Part shown: positions 1 through 12,670 of the stretch, in pieces
Layout of the letters: each line of letters starts with the position of its first letter
Position numbering within the stretch: the stretch's first letter is position 1
Assembly: GCA_024704765.1 (NCBI GenBank)
Contig: JAKMXF010000088.1
Location: forward strand, 248,001-312,000
DNA from: Oopsacas minuta
Lineage: Eukaryota; Animalia; Porifera
Reading direction: 5' to 3'
Length of the DNA stretch: 64,000 bases
Notes under the pieces: model-generated
The model's input: only the letters and a program-made list of their open reading frames with translations
Database searches by the model: none
What the model was told of the DNA's origin: nothing
Translations under genes and position numbers: made by a program

Positions 1-229
1 TATGTTTTATAAGTTAATATACCTTTTAACTTATAAAACAGATCAATAAATTCAGAGCATTAAAGTGGCACTAGTAATTGGAGGCAAATGTTAAATCTAT
101 ATTATTAAACTCAATTATTGTTTGTTTGTCTACTTTGTATTATAATAATAGTGGAAGATGATCTGTGTATATAATATATGGAATAACATATCATTCTGTT
201 GACGATATAGGAAATAGTAAACAGATACA

Positions 230-410
230 TTGGGGTAATCGAGTATGCTGATTCCGATTTTCACACTTTCGAATTAATCATATGTAAATCTAGTTGTTGT
301 GTTTATTGTATAAAGTAAACAAATAGTTTTAAAATATACGTAGAGACTTGCTCTTAACAGATACAATGGGGTAACAGAGTAAGCTGAATCCGCATTTTCA
401 AGATTCTCAT
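230..410. repeat. Representative of an abundant dispersed repeat family (ggggtaatcgagtatgctgaatccg.. / aaggtgtgaaaatatgattaatcatatg)
   Basis: Degenerate copies in both orientations at about 9370-9640, 11600-11740, 12240-12600, 16530-16570, 17910-17960, 34250-34500, 42850-42990 and 62640-62780. Confidence 0.75.
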
Positions 411-989
411 TTGTAAATATATTGTTGTTTTTATGTATATGAAGTAAACAAATTTCGCAAAACCACTTTAAACAAATTTAATTAATATACTAAGCTGTAG
501 ACACAGATTGTAATTTAGATTTTTATTGCAGTTCCTATAGGTAGATGCTCTAATGACATGGACAATGTGCGACGTCCGTTCGTGCACCTAATAGTTTGAA
601 AGTCATCTCATAAAAGTTGAATTTATGAATATACATAAAATACGAAACAAAATTGATTATAGGAATGTGTGTTTGGCTATAATCATTCTCGCATGTGGAT
701 AGAAGTATTTAATAGCTATAATCATTACCTTGAGTTATAGTGTAGGAGCTACAGGGCTACAGATATGATACAAAGCAATTATAGGAGCAATTATCTGATG
801 TTGTATTGTGGTCAAATAGTCAGGTAGTTGGAAATTGATAATAGAATTATATAAATCACATGCACACACATTGAGTTATAATAGATACTAAACCATAACG
901 AAATTACTAAAGATAGACCTCTATCAGTTTCTGTTTATTGAGAGATTGAAGCAATTTCTCCTTGTAGTGACGCTCTATTCCTTGCAGCT

Positions 990-1103
990 TAGGGTTGCCA
1001 GATTTTCAAGAGTCCAAACCCTGACAAAATTTCGTTTCGACAATCAGTGGTGTATTTTTGGGCAGGAAACTAGGGGGTCAAAACCGGACGTCTGGCAACC
1101 CTA
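990..1103. mobile_element. hAT-type MITE
   Basis: Perfect 13-bp TIR tagggttgccaga/tctggcaacccta; flanking 8-mers ttgcagct (982-989) and ttgaagct (1104-1111) match 7/8, as expected of an 8-bp hAT target duplication. Confidence 0.8.
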
Positions 1104-2123
1104 TTGAAGCTTAAACTAACCAAGGTTTGTTGACTTGTTAGTGTAAATCTAATCTAGAGAAACCCTTATGACAGGGCGATATGCGACGTTCGTCCGTCCG
1201 TCTGTACGCGCGGTCATGCGAAATCTAGCAGTCCGATTAACACCAATTGACCAACATTGATACTTATATACATTATACATTTGGGGTTTAAGTTTGCATC
1301 TGTGTGTGAAATTTTTGAAAGTGAATTTTCACACCTTTTTGGTAAATAATCATAATTTCTCACCTCTCTATGTAAATCCAAAAGCAAGCTGGAGATTTAA
1401 TTTCAATGTGTTAAGGGTAATTGGGTGCATAATGTCTCTTTTGAGAATTTAGGACCCAGAAAGCTTCAAATTCACAGACTTATTATGTCATTATTTATTA
1501 CTATATTTTAGAAATCCAGGGAATATTTTGGAAACCCCGGAATTCAAGATAAATATCCTGGGAAATATTTCGAAAGGGTTGAAGCGTTTCTTAGATGTCA
1601 TAGTTTTTCAAAAGAGCTATTTTCGGTCACCAGTGAGACTGGAAAATGCCATTGACAATGTTGCACCAATGACTGAACATCTGGGAATTGCAGATGATGT
1701 AGTTGCAATTAGCAAGTTATATTTGTCAATATATTCACATATGAGCTATAAAATAGTACGGTAAGTATGCAGATACCTGAGCTTCGCTCACATCCTGTTG
1801 GCGATCGGCTGGACATTTTTACGAGATTTGTTTATGAGATGAGATGTATTTACGACAATGTTCTACATTTCTTTCTGAGCATAGGCCCAACTAATGAGTG
1901 TTATCTTAGAGTAGATTCAGCAGCGAATTCGCAAACTTCACTTAAATGTAAATACCTCAAAAACTATGAGTTGTACATGAATAGTGATTACTTCATTGTG
2001 AGAGGAATTTGGCAATAATTCCATATATCATCCTAAAGTGTCAAAATTATTAACGATGACTTACCACTTTTGGATCAAATAGACCTCAGTTTTCCTTAAT
2101 AACTCTAAAATTATACATTATAT

Positions 2124-2919
2124 CAAACTTGAATCACATATCGTATAGAGGCTCAATATGTGTATAATTAGACAAAGGAAGATAGATGGGTGGAGTCGAA
2201 CAAGGGGTCACTCGATATGGTTATAAAGAGATTTGAGTATGGAATATTATTACATTCCTGGAAAATGTTTACATTGTTATGGAAAATGTTACTCAAGTGA
2301 CCACTCGACGAAGGGAAATTTATGCTAATTACGAATTTCGGTATAAAAATATGAGTACACTTACTTACTTGGAATTATTTTATTTTAACACCTTGTATAA
2401 TTTTTACCTCTATCGTGTTAAAATTCGAATATCTGTAGAACTCGGATAAGACCTACTCTCAGGAAACCAAAATTAGACGTACTAACCCAGTGTATAGACA
2501 TACAACTGAATAGATATTGTATTACAGTACATCTTATCCGAGTTCTACTGTAATTCCAGATATTTATGCAAATTTTTATCTGAATTTCGTAATCAACATA
2601 AATTTCCCTTCGTTTGAGTGGTCACTTGAGTAACATTTTCCATAGCAACGTAAAATTTCAAGGAATGTAGTAGTGGCGTAGCCAGCCTTGGCAGACTACT
2701 GGCAAACGGGTGGCGCGAATTGTGTTATGTTATGTGACATTACCTGGCGCAACGTAAACAAGAGGCGCAAATACACCACTGGAATGTAGTAACACTCCTT
2801 ACTCAAATCTCATTGTAACCCCAATACCATCTCAAGTGAGCCCTTGTTTGACTCCACTCATCTTCTTGAGTCTAACTAAACACATATCGATATTCTATAC
2901 GTTACGTTACTCAAGTTTG
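2124..2919. mobile_element. Foldback/long-TIR element with a nested MITE in its right arm
   Basis: Arms of about 220 bp (2124-2345 and 2580-2919) are imperfect reverse complements, e.g. ggaaaatgttactcaagtgaccactc vs gagtggtcacttgagtaacattttcc; ends are caaacttga/tcaagtttg. Confidence 0.65.
2671..2781. mobile_element. hAT-type MITE nested in the foldback element
   Basis: TIR tagtggcgta/tacaccactg; perfect 8-bp TSD gaatgtag at 2663-2670 and 2782-2789. Confidence 0.8.
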
Positions 2920-2993
2920 TTGAAATGGAGGCACACCGGTTGAGAACCACTGATCTAGTTAATACCTTCCAGGGCTAGATCGTTGCTGATAAC

Positions 2994-4217
2994 ATGGCTA
3001 GTAGATTTGATAACATACAAACTCCTGACCCATTTGATGAAGTTACTAAAAAGATAGAAGATGCATTTGATAAACTGGTTCAGCTTGTACATAGCAGAAA
3101 GATATCTCTATTAACTAAGCTCAGTGATTATCGGATTGAGTTTGATAATTTAGTAGCGAGTAGAATACAAACTGAGAAAGAGCTTCATTCAATGAAACAA
3201 CAAATTGAAAATGTGACAGCTAATGAATTGAAAAGTATGCAGGACAAGTTTTTGTCTGAAATTGAGGAGAAACTTCATAAACTAACTCTCTCTACTACAT
3301 CTTTTGAATTAGATTTCCAAATCAATTCTCACATTATTGAACAAGGGATTAGCAAGTTAGGTAAAATCATTAAAGTTAGTGAACTGATAGTACCTAATTA
3401 TTCTTTAATGAAGATGCCTGTTGTAGCTGTAGGGAAGAGAGGTAGAAGAAGAGATGAGCTTGATGGACCAAGAAGTATTGCCTATGAAGAAGAATCAGGA
3501 TTAATATTTATATGTGATATGGGTAATGCTCTTGTTAAGATATTCAATTCAGCTGGTGAGTTTGTTAGTGATTTTGGATCTAAGGAGTTATACAAACCAT
3601 GGGGTATTCTTCTTCATGGATCTTATATTTATGTGACTGACGTGAGGAATTGCTCAATTCTTAAATATGAAAGATCTAATTATCAGCTTTTAAAGAGAGT
3701 AGGGAACAAGAGTTCAACTATAAATGAATATAAGTATCCAAGACAACTAGCTAAAGGTCCAGATGGATATCTGTACTATGCACCAGAGGATAGGAACAAT
3801 AGAATATCTGTACTGGATACTGATCTTATTCTCATACGCTATATTCAACATGAAAGAGTTGTTAATCCAGTTGCTGTCAAGTTTACTAAAGACAACATGT
3901 TTGTTTTGAGTAATGAATCAACTGATAGAGTTCATTTGTTCAATATGGATAGAGAATATATTGAATGTATAATCTCACTGGAAGCTGAGAAGATAACATG
4001 GTTCTTTACTATAGATATTATTGGTAACATTCTTATTTCAAACTACACTAATGGTATTATTCTTGTGTACAACAGTTTAGGTGTATTATTACATTCAGTG
4101 GGGAAACAAGGTGATAATAAAGGTGAATTTGATAATCTTACCGGTATATGTACTACAAGAAGTGGAAGGTTGATAATAGCGTCAAGTAACGAGAATTATG
4201 GCCTACAAATTTTCTAG
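2994..4217 (+). CDS. Coiled-coil + NHL-repeat beta-propeller protein (TRIM71-like C-terminus, no RING/B-box seen)
   Basis: 407-aa ATG ORF; helical heptad-rich N-terminus, then NHL repeats (GPRSIAYEE..IFICDMGNALVKIF, KPWGI..IYVTD, YPRQLA, GEFDNLTGIC). Confidence 0.85.
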   Translation: MASRFDNIQTPDPFDEVTKKIEDAFDKLVQLVHSRKISLLTKLSDYRIEFDNLVASRIQTEKELHSMKQQIENVTANELKSMQDKFLSEIEEKLHKLTLSTTSFELDFQINSHIIEQGISKLGKIIKVSELIVPNYSLMKMPVVAVGKRGRRRDELDGPRSIAYEEESGLIFICDMGNALVKIFNSAGEFVSDFGSKELYKPWGILLHGSYIYVTDVRNCSILKYERSNYQLLKRVGNKSSTINEYKYPRQLAKGPDGYLYYAPEDRNNRISVLDTDLILIRYIQHERVVNPVAVKFTKDNMFVLSNESTDRVHLFNMDREYIECIISLEAEKITWFFTIDIIGNILISNYTNGIILVYNSLGVLLHSVGKQGDNKGEFDNLTGICTTRSGRLIIASSNENYGLQIF

Positions 4218-5098
4218 TATATTGTGTATGTTAATTTTATCCTTATATTTATCATAGTATAGTAGTTTATTCTTACATCATCATTTATTTGAATGTGTGT
4301 ACTCTCTCTAACCTCTGTAATCATTTATCATTTTTACTACTTTCACTAATTTATCATATTTATTCATTATATGATTATAAATATAAGTGCAGTTACTATA
4401 GGGGATGGCCTAATGGCATGATGTACATGACCGTAATTATCTGACCAGATTTTGCCTTGCCGTACAACTCTTGGTGCAGAGTTGGAATAGGGTCCACTTT
4501 CCAGGACCCGAACCCCGAAGTGTAAATAAGTCTAGAAAGGAAAATTTGTTCTTTCAATATTATGGGTTAATAATATCTATCCCGTAAATCATTGGTTCCC
4601 AACCTTAATTCTCCCGCGGACCTCTAGTTCATTTTATGGTTTCCGTGGATCCCAGGCCAATAAACATAACGAAAAACTTTTTAGGGCCGTGGACCCCAGG
4701 TTGAGAACCACTACCGTAAATGTCCTTTTGAGGCAATTTCATTATAATCTTTCAAAAAATAGATTTAAATCATTGAATTCAAAAATTACGCACAAAGTTC
4801 GAACTGATCAACTTCGAACCCGGACCCTATTCCAACTCTGCTATGGTGCAGGCATGAAAATTTCCAATTTTGGAATTTTGCCTAACCATTTTTAATTTGC
4901 TTCAACCGGGGTGTAAACTATAAAGCTTTTAATGTGAGATTACTTCCAAACTATTATCACAAAAATACTGGCCTAGAATACATATGAGTAGAATATATAC
5001 GAACAGTAGAAAACACAATAACAGACGCCTAGCTAAATATTATAATACGTAAACGTTAAAACTATCCGAATTAACTATTAGCTGATGACATTGCCAGT

Positions 5099-5907
5099 TC
5101 AGACGTTAAGGTTCTGTTCAACCTGAGGAGATATATAGCTCACTTTCATTGTCTCTACTCCTGATTCTGGAAGTGGGTTTTCTGCGACTTGAGATTCTGG
5201 CCCTTTCAGTTCGTCTAATTCAGCATTTCTAGGATAATTTCCTGTAATATATTTTGACCATTTATTAAAATAGAGACAGAGCAAGAGTATTGTGATCAGC
5301 AGGACTAGCAATATGATTAGAATGAAAACTATAATAGCGAACACGACGAGAATGATTTCAATCGCACCAAGGATTTGAGGACTTGCAGTCATGGATTTAG
5401 GGCAAACGAAACTACTACTATTGTATAAGGCACGTTCTGGTGGATAAGTACAATTACAACCAGTCTCTGTATCAACTCTATACCAATTATAACCCTGACA
5501 GACAATTGAATGGTCGAAACACTGATAATTGAGGTTAGTACATCCCCCATAGAGGCTGGGATCATTGACTTGGAGGTTTGGGTTTCCTGGACAAAAAATG
5601 TATGAGTCTAGTTCTATATAGACATTATATACGTCTTCTAGTATGTAGATCCATCCTGTTTCACAGGTGCAATCGAATGCAATGTATTCAAAAGACAAGT
5701 AACTTAATTGTGGAAATTGTTCAAATATTTCTGGACTCAAAAGTGCTGGATTATAATTGTCGAGGTGGATGTTTTCAATACTTTTGGCTAGTGTAAGGGT
5801 TGATAGTGGAAATGATGGATTAAGCCCCAGGCGAACATCTCTTAATGCATCCAAATCAATGAAAGTGTATTCTCCAACCGTAGTTATGTCATTATTCGAA
5901 AGATAAA
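5099..5907 (-). pseudogene. 5'-truncated duplicate of the LRR-EGF-TM receptor (last LRRs, LRRCT, Cys-rich segment, TM, tail; no cbEGF array)
   Basis: 5405-5907 is nearly identical to 7793-8294. Homology stops at about 5907, at a copy of the dispersed aaggtgtgaaaatat repeat. The frame is closed by TAA at about 5933-5935; no signal peptide, ATG or obvious acceptor AG. Confidence 0.7.
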
Positions 5908-6088
5908 ATACAAAGGTGTGAAAATATACACATTATAAAATTTTCAATAACCTTGTGCACATCTCTAAGGGTGTGAACAGGAGAGGGAAACATGTTGACA
6001 TAGGTCATTTCCTTGACATAATTAAACAATTTCTCAATTGGTTGAAAGGATTTTCATCTGTCCGCAAAATATTGTATTAGGTCATAGA

Positions 6089-6827
6089 CAGTGGCGTAAC
6101 AAAATGAAAATATTGGAGAGGGAGGAGGTAATTGGATCATTAATAGTGCTGACTTTTGTTTGTTTAAGTTCGAGCGAGAGCAGCGAGCTCGAAGTTATAG
6201 GGTCATCTTATTGGCAATTATATATTTATAGAATTTTATAGGATCAAGTATCAAGAGCTCGGTAAAATGTAGGGAATATTTTCCGTGTATCCTGCTATTT
6301 AACTGACAAGAATTGGAAATATCAAATTATTACTGGTAATTATTCAGTATGGCAATGGTGCATTAAATGTTATCATATCAGCTAACTGATAATGATTCCG
6401 TTTTGAGCTTAACAACTATATCTCACATTTATAATACTAGATTCATGATAATTACGTGCAAATATGACAAGAAATTATGTAAAATGAATTATTCCACAGC
6501 CCTGAGTAATACTGGATAGAATCGATTTCAACATTTCCATCTGTCCTCGAATAATGTTCTATTGTATTCAATACATATTACGAGCTATCGAAAATTTTAA
6601 GGTTCGACCACTCCAAGAAATATTAAGGGGGAAATTTCCCGAGTGCAGGGTATTCAAAAACAAGCGTAAAGATTCTAAATGGAGATTTCATAACAATAAT
6701 GGGGTAAGAATAAAAGGTTAATGATCCTATTAATTAGAATGTATCCTGTTCCAAATGGGAGGGCAAGAATGGACAAATGGGGGGCATTGCCTTCCCCACG
6801 CCCCCACCCCACACAGTTACAACACTG
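6089..6827. mobile_element. Non-autonomous hAT element between the two LRR copies
   Basis: Imperfect TIR cagtggcgtaac/gttacaacactg; flanks gtcataga (6081-6088) and gtcatata (6828-6835) match 7/8. Confidence 0.65.
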
Positions 6828-7131
6828 GTCATATATAAGTAAGCTCTTTATAAAATTTTTTAAGGAAATCTAAATACTACACACCTCAAAAAATACTTGT
6901 CATATGATTGAAACTGATTACAGAATTAGGCTACAAGAATTATTTACTGGCCTAGAATACAAATGAATAGTAAATACAGGACAGGGGAATAGATAGGAAC
7001 AGAAGTAAATACAACAATAGACACCTGACTAAACAATGTACCTGAGTAACATAAAAACATTATCCATACAATGAACTCAACAATCAGCTGATGATATTGC
7101 CATTCCAGTCTGGTCAGATGTTGAGGTTCTT

Positions 7132-9006
7132 TTACACCTGTGAAGATACATTAGCATCTTTCAAGGTTTCTACTTCTGATTCTGGAAGTTGATTCTCAAT
7201 TACCGATTCTGCCTCTTTCATATTGTCTAACTCAGCAATTGTAGGATTATATTCTGGAATATGTTTTTTATGTAACCCTCTGTTAAGATAGAGACAGAAC
7301 AAGATTACTACTATTAACAGGACTAATAATAGGATTAGAACGAAAACTATGACAGCAAACACGACTAAGATAAATTCAGTCTCACCAAAGTTCGAGATTT
7401 GAGGGCTTGTAGTGATGAATTCACAGTCACTATTGTCTGAAGTGGAGATGTTGTATCCGTCAAAACAGGAACAATAAAATGAACCGATTGTGTTTGTACA
7501 ATCCTGTGGACAACCTCCATTGTTTACCCCACACTCATTTACCTCATTACAAATACTATTATTGTATTTAACGAATCCCGCGGCACAATCACAAGTGTAT
7601 GAACCAAGTGTGTTAGTGCAGTAGCCTTCACATACTACACTACTCTCTTCACACTCATTCACGTCATAGCAGAAAGTTTCATTGAGATTAACGAATCCCT
7701 CATCACAGTCACATGTGTATGAACCAAGTGTGTTAGTGCAGTTACCTTGACATGTAATACTACTGTCTTCACACTCATCTATGTCTGAGCATACGAAACT
7801 ACTATTATTGTATAAGGCACGTTCTGGTGGATAAGTACAATTACAACCAGTCTCTGTATCAACTCTATACCAATTATAACCCTGACAGACTATTGAATGG
7901 TCGAAACACTGATAATTAGGGTTAGCACAGTTCACATAGAGGCTGGGATCCTTGACCTGGAGGTCTGGGTTTCCTGGACAAAAATTGTATGAGTCTAGTT
8001 CTATTTCGACATTATATACGTCTTCTAGTATGTAGATCCATTCTGTTTCACAGGTGCAATCGAATGCAATGTATTCAAAAGACAAGTAACTTAATTGTGG
8101 AAATTGTTCAAATATTTCTGGACTCAAAAGTGCTGGATTATAATTGTCGAGGTGGATGTTTTCAATACTTTTGGCTAGTGTAAGGGTTGATAGTGGAAAT
8201 GATGGATTAAGCCTCAGACGAACATCTTCTAATGCATCCAAATCAATGAAAGTGTATTCTCCAACCGTAGTTATGTCATTATTGGAAAGATAAATTTTCT
8301 CCAATTCATGTAAACCATCAAATATACAGTCATATAACTCATGGATTTCATTGTTATCTAAATTCAATCGTCTTAACTTGTATGTCCCATTAAATGAATC
8401 TGACATTAATTTTGTTATGCCTCCGGACTCCCAATACAACACCTCCAATTTATCCAACCCCCCGACTAAAGTCCGATCAATGACACGACTTGACTCTTCT
8501 CTTATAAACGAGCTATGGACTTCAATGTCTATGAGATGTATATTTTGTGAGAAAAATGGCATCAAATTCGATCCTAAAATATCAGCCTCGAAGTACTCCA
8601 AGTTCGGGAAATACGTAAAGAAGTCGTTATGATTAATAAACACTTCATAATCATAAAAAACTATTTGAGTCACGTTATAATTAATCGTGGAAGTTTCAAC
8701 AAAGACGGGTTCATAGAATTGATTTTCTATTTCCAAAGTTTCTATATTACTAGGAATATTTATATTCAACGTAGCACCAGCACCTCCCACCAGTATTTCA
8801 ATATCAAGATAGTAATAACTCCCCTGAGAACATTCATAGATTTTTTCCTGTATTGCTTCTGTATCTTGCCCGCGAACTTCACAGTCTAGCTCATCACCGT
8901 CCTCAAAGCATGTCACTATTGTATTCCCACATTCACCACTGCCAAAAACAACTGAATGTGTGAAAAAGAATAAGAATATGATAAGTTCCTTTCTTGTTGC
9001 TTTCAT
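7132..9006 (-). CDS. Type I membrane receptor: signal peptide, LRRs, LRRCT, 3 calcium-binding EGF repeats, TM, short tail without TIR
   Basis: 624 aa; LRR motifs LRRLNLDNNEI, LEKIYLSNNDI; LRRCT IAFDCTCETEW; cbEGF DIDEC/DVNEC/EVNEC..CTNTxGS; TM FILVVFAVIVFVLILLLVLLIVVILFCLYL. Confidence 0.88.
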   Translation of the reverse strand: MKATRKELIIFLFFFTHSVVFGSGECGNTIVTCFEDGDELDCEVRGQDTEAIQEKIYECSQGSYYYLDIEILVGGAGATLNINIPSNIETLEIENQFYEPVFVETSTINYNVTQIVFYDYEVFINHNDFFTYFPNLEYFEADILGSNLMPFFSQNIHLIDIEVHSSFIREESSRVIDRTLVGGLDKLEVLYWESGGITKLMSDSFNGTYKLRRLNLDNNEIHELYDCIFDGLHELEKIYLSNNDITTVGEYTFIDLDALEDVRLRLNPSFPLSTLTLAKSIENIHLDNYNPALLSPEIFEQFPQLSYLSFEYIAFDCTCETEWIYILEDVYNVEIELDSYNFCPGNPDLQVKDPSLYVNCANPNYQCFDHSIVCQGYNWYRVDTETGCNCTYPPERALYNNSSFVCSDIDECEDSSITCQGNCTNTLGSYTCDCDEGFVNLNETFCYDVNECEESSVVCEGYCTNTLGSYTCDCAAGFVKYNNSICNEVNECGVNNGGCPQDCTNTIGSFYCSCFDGYNISTSDNSDCEFITTSPQISNFGETEFILVVFAVIVFVLILLLVLLIVVILFCLYLNRGLHKKHIPEYNPTIAELDNMKEAESVIENQLPESEVETLKDANVSSQV

Positions 9007-10533
9007 CGCTCGTTTAAAATAGTAATATTTAAATCAATTCTCCTTATATATGTATATACAAATACTGAAGTTCCATTTCTAATCTATTATGTGGTAGTGT
9101 GAAATGATAAAATATTACTACATATAGGATATTATACCCACAAGCTAGGAATACTGAATCATTAATAGGGTTCTCAACCTTGGGTATATTATCTCTAACG
9201 GCATAACGATGTGATCTTGCCATGCCATAACTAACCCTGAGTACTTCCTACTATTATATAGTACTAGTTGCGTCGCTTTCTCGCGCTGCGAGGCTTGCGA
9301 GCACTCTGTGTTCGCATGTAACTCGGCACTTCATGCCTCAAATTTTTCATAAGAACAACACTATCATATACACATGAGTACTTTGAAAGTGCAAAATTCA
9401 GATTCAGTTTACTCGATTACTCCAGGTAAAACCGTTAAAACCAAGTTTCTAATACGATCCATAATTGTGTACTTTATTTGCCTAAACAACATCAAATATT
9501 GACAATAAGTTGTACTGTACCACCCTAGTATAACCGTTGAAACCATGTTACTATTTGTTTACTTTAGATTCATAAAAACAACAATATTTTTACATTTGAG
9601 AAACTTGAAAATGCGAAATTCGGATTCACCTTACTTTGGTGCCCTTTGTAGCCGTTAAGAACAAGTCTCTACGTATATTTTAAGATTTCAACTATTTATT
9701 TACATTATACTGATAACAAATATATTTACATATGACCAAAATTTGTACTCTTAGTGACCTCGAGAAGTGCACCTGTATTTGAAATTTTCTAAATGTGTAT
9801 ATTTTTCACACCTTTACACACACCTTTTCATTTTATCCCATTCAGATTGTAGGTTTTGCAATTAGATATAAAGACATAAATTGGTTCTTGTAGACTCTTT
9901 GTAATTGTATCAGCTCTGAAATGTATTTGTATTGATTGTAGAGTGTAATTCTAATGGTCAATACATTCACTTTCAATACATCATCTTCCAAAGTGTTGGT
10001 ATAGTAACCACTGGACTAGAAATGTGAAGCAAGAACGAATTTAGATCATATTTTGCTCGAATACATTAATTAGGGGAAGGATTCGCCTGTAAACAAGTAT
10101 CATACGCCAATTGTTTATAGGACATCAACAGATCTATATATGTTTTCATAATATTATAACGAAAAATATTGTTGTCCACAGCAGGGGCGTAGACTCAGGC
10201 AGTCGATTGGTAAGCCCTTGGAGCCATAGTGACAGCATTGGTAGGGAACACATACCCACATTTTATTAGCATCTATGGAGAGAGCAGAATTATTGGTAGG
10301 GCCATAGCTTCACCAACCCTACCATTACCAATGCCCATGCACAGTAATAAAATTTTATATTTTCCACTTCACAACATAATTTATTTCGAAAGAATAAAGT
10401 GTACAAATCCGTCAAAATATTCAACGCTCTATCTCTTGAGTGGGGGAACTCGGCTCCCCACTCCCTCTACACTACAATGATTACACCCCTAGTCATTGCA
10501 AGATATATATACTCTCCTGACTTGACGTTTTTT

Positions 10534-10692
10534 CAAGGTTGAAACCGTTCTAACCGAATATCATTATTCATGAATAGTAGTCTACTCGAATACTGATAAT
10601 ATTCGGTTAAATCAACCGAATTCCAAATATTGAACTATTCGCCAAACAATATTTGGTTGAGCCGAGTATTGAACTATTCGGTTGAAACCTTG
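10534..10692. mobile_element. hAT-type MITE (caaggttgaaac family, copy 1)
   Basis: TIR caaggttgaaac/gttgaaaccttg, internal ccgaatat repeats; same family as 35588-35806. Confidence 0.65.
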
Positions 10693-12670
10693 CTTTTTTC
10701 CTAAGCGATCGAAGTCGAACCCTAAAATTTACGCACGCTCATAATGTTGATAGCCCATTTTACCATGTTATACATGCATTCAGGGAATCATTCCATTAAA
10801 TTGCTGTTGATCACAATACCAAGCGCATTTTGGCATACAATAAAGTAAAAATCCTTAAGGATTGTGATTCTGGAATACAGCAGTTGGGTTAGAAAAAATT
10901 CATTCATCCATGAACTGTTGGTAGGGAGAGCACAGACTAATATTTTATGTCGACCATTTCACAATGGAGTGTTAGCCAAGTTGTATTTGTATATCCTAAT
11001 GAATTTGTCTAGCTACCACTGATTAAATTATTTGGAAGTAACATGGTTTTATTAATTTTGCATATTCAACACTCTGTTTGTTCTTGTGATCATAAAAATC
11101 TATACTCGTTAAAATGTAGTGTCTTCAAGATTTTGAGCATGTGATCTACTTTCTTCGACTAGGACATATTTCAAATCCTTGCGATAATATACCTAATTTT
11201 AAATGCTTTTGTTGTCCAAAATAATTTATATAAAATGTATTAAATACGCCAATTAAAGAGGGTTATCTATCCGTGGAGTATTATTTAAATTGACACTCTT
11301 AGAACAGAGTACTCATATACAATTATAACAGACCTATGGAGTATAATGAACAAATAGAAATTACACTATCAACTATTCCAGTAGTGGTGCTCTTATTAAT
11401 AATACTGACATATTGAATCTATGTTATTAAAACTCTATTGTTGTGTGTGTGTGTGTGTTTGTTTGTTTATCCGTTGTCAAGGAAAGTATTTATGGGATGT
11501 TGTATTCAATTCGAATATCTCAATTATGAGATGTCACATAACTATGAATTTATCATGTTTATCAAGAATGTAAACAGAATTCTATATAACTTGAATAAAT
11601 ATATCAAATATGCTGAATCTGATTTTCACACTTTTGAATTTATCATATGAAAATATATTGTTTTTATGAATATAAGTAAACAAATAGTTGAAATCTCAAA
11701 ATATATGTTGACTTGCTCTTAACAGCTATACATGGGTATTTGAGTACACTCTCTCTGGACTTAGGAACATCTAGCTTGAAGATCAAGAATTCTGTGTGAG
11801 ACTGTATCACCGTATCTATCCGCTACTATTACGTTTTTTCAACCACAATTACATCAGCTAATTGGTGACCAGCAACTCCACTTCTATCAACACTAGATGC
11901 TATGGGACCGTATAGGTAATATAGGGAATGTTCTGCTAGAGTCCTCTCTATATAGTAGAGGCTGTCTTTGATTTCAATAGGGAGGTTGTTATCAATGACT
12001 AGTAGGGTTATTGTAGAATGTAGATGCTTGTCATCTCGTTTGGTTACTGAATTTTGAGAGGGACAGAGAGTGTTTCAGTTTTATTAGTTTCGTAATCTTT
12101 CTATAGAGGTGATAGCTTGTTTAGTTCTTGTTGTCGTGTATTCCCTACTTCACGTTTTTACTAAATAATTCCCTGCTATTACACCCTGTCTAACCTTTTA
12201 AACGACTCTTTGCATCAATTTATAATATGTCTGCAAAAAGGTGTGAAAATATTATTAATCATATGATTAATCACTGAGTAAGAGATTTGAAAATGTCAAT
12301 ATTGGAATCTACATACTTGATTACCCCTGACTAGCAGTTAAAATGAAATCTCTAGCATGATTTTAAATAATATACAAAAGGTGTAAAATATGATTAATCA
12401 ATTGATAAATCATGTAGGTGTAGATTTGAAAGTGTGAAATATAAAATCTACATACTCGATTACCCCCTTTGATAAATTTATAATAATGATTCCTATTATT
12501 TACACATGAGTACCTTGAAAGTGCTAAATTCTAAATCAGGGTATTTAGTCACCCCATTGCAGCCGTTAAGCAAGTCTCCATGATTTTTTGAAATTTCAAC
12601 TATTTATTTACTTTACTCGAAACTTCTCACTGTTTTATGACCAGGGTTAAATAGTATAGTCTACTCTATA

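Noticed and set aside
1528-2018. Two short ORFs with splice-like signals
   Set aside because: No recognisable domain in any frame, and stops in the alternative frames; cannot support a gene.
5578-8889. Plus-strand ORFs at 5578, 7989, 8351 and 8629, two of them nearly identical
   Set aside because: Antisense to the LRR genes; the identity reflects the duplication.
10229-10480. 83-aa ORF
   Set aside because: Lies within a MITE-like element (caggggcgtag..ttacacccct); no coding features.
11829-12075. About 80-codon open frame on the minus strand without ATG
   Set aside because: Coding-like but unassignable; possibly a decayed gene fragment.
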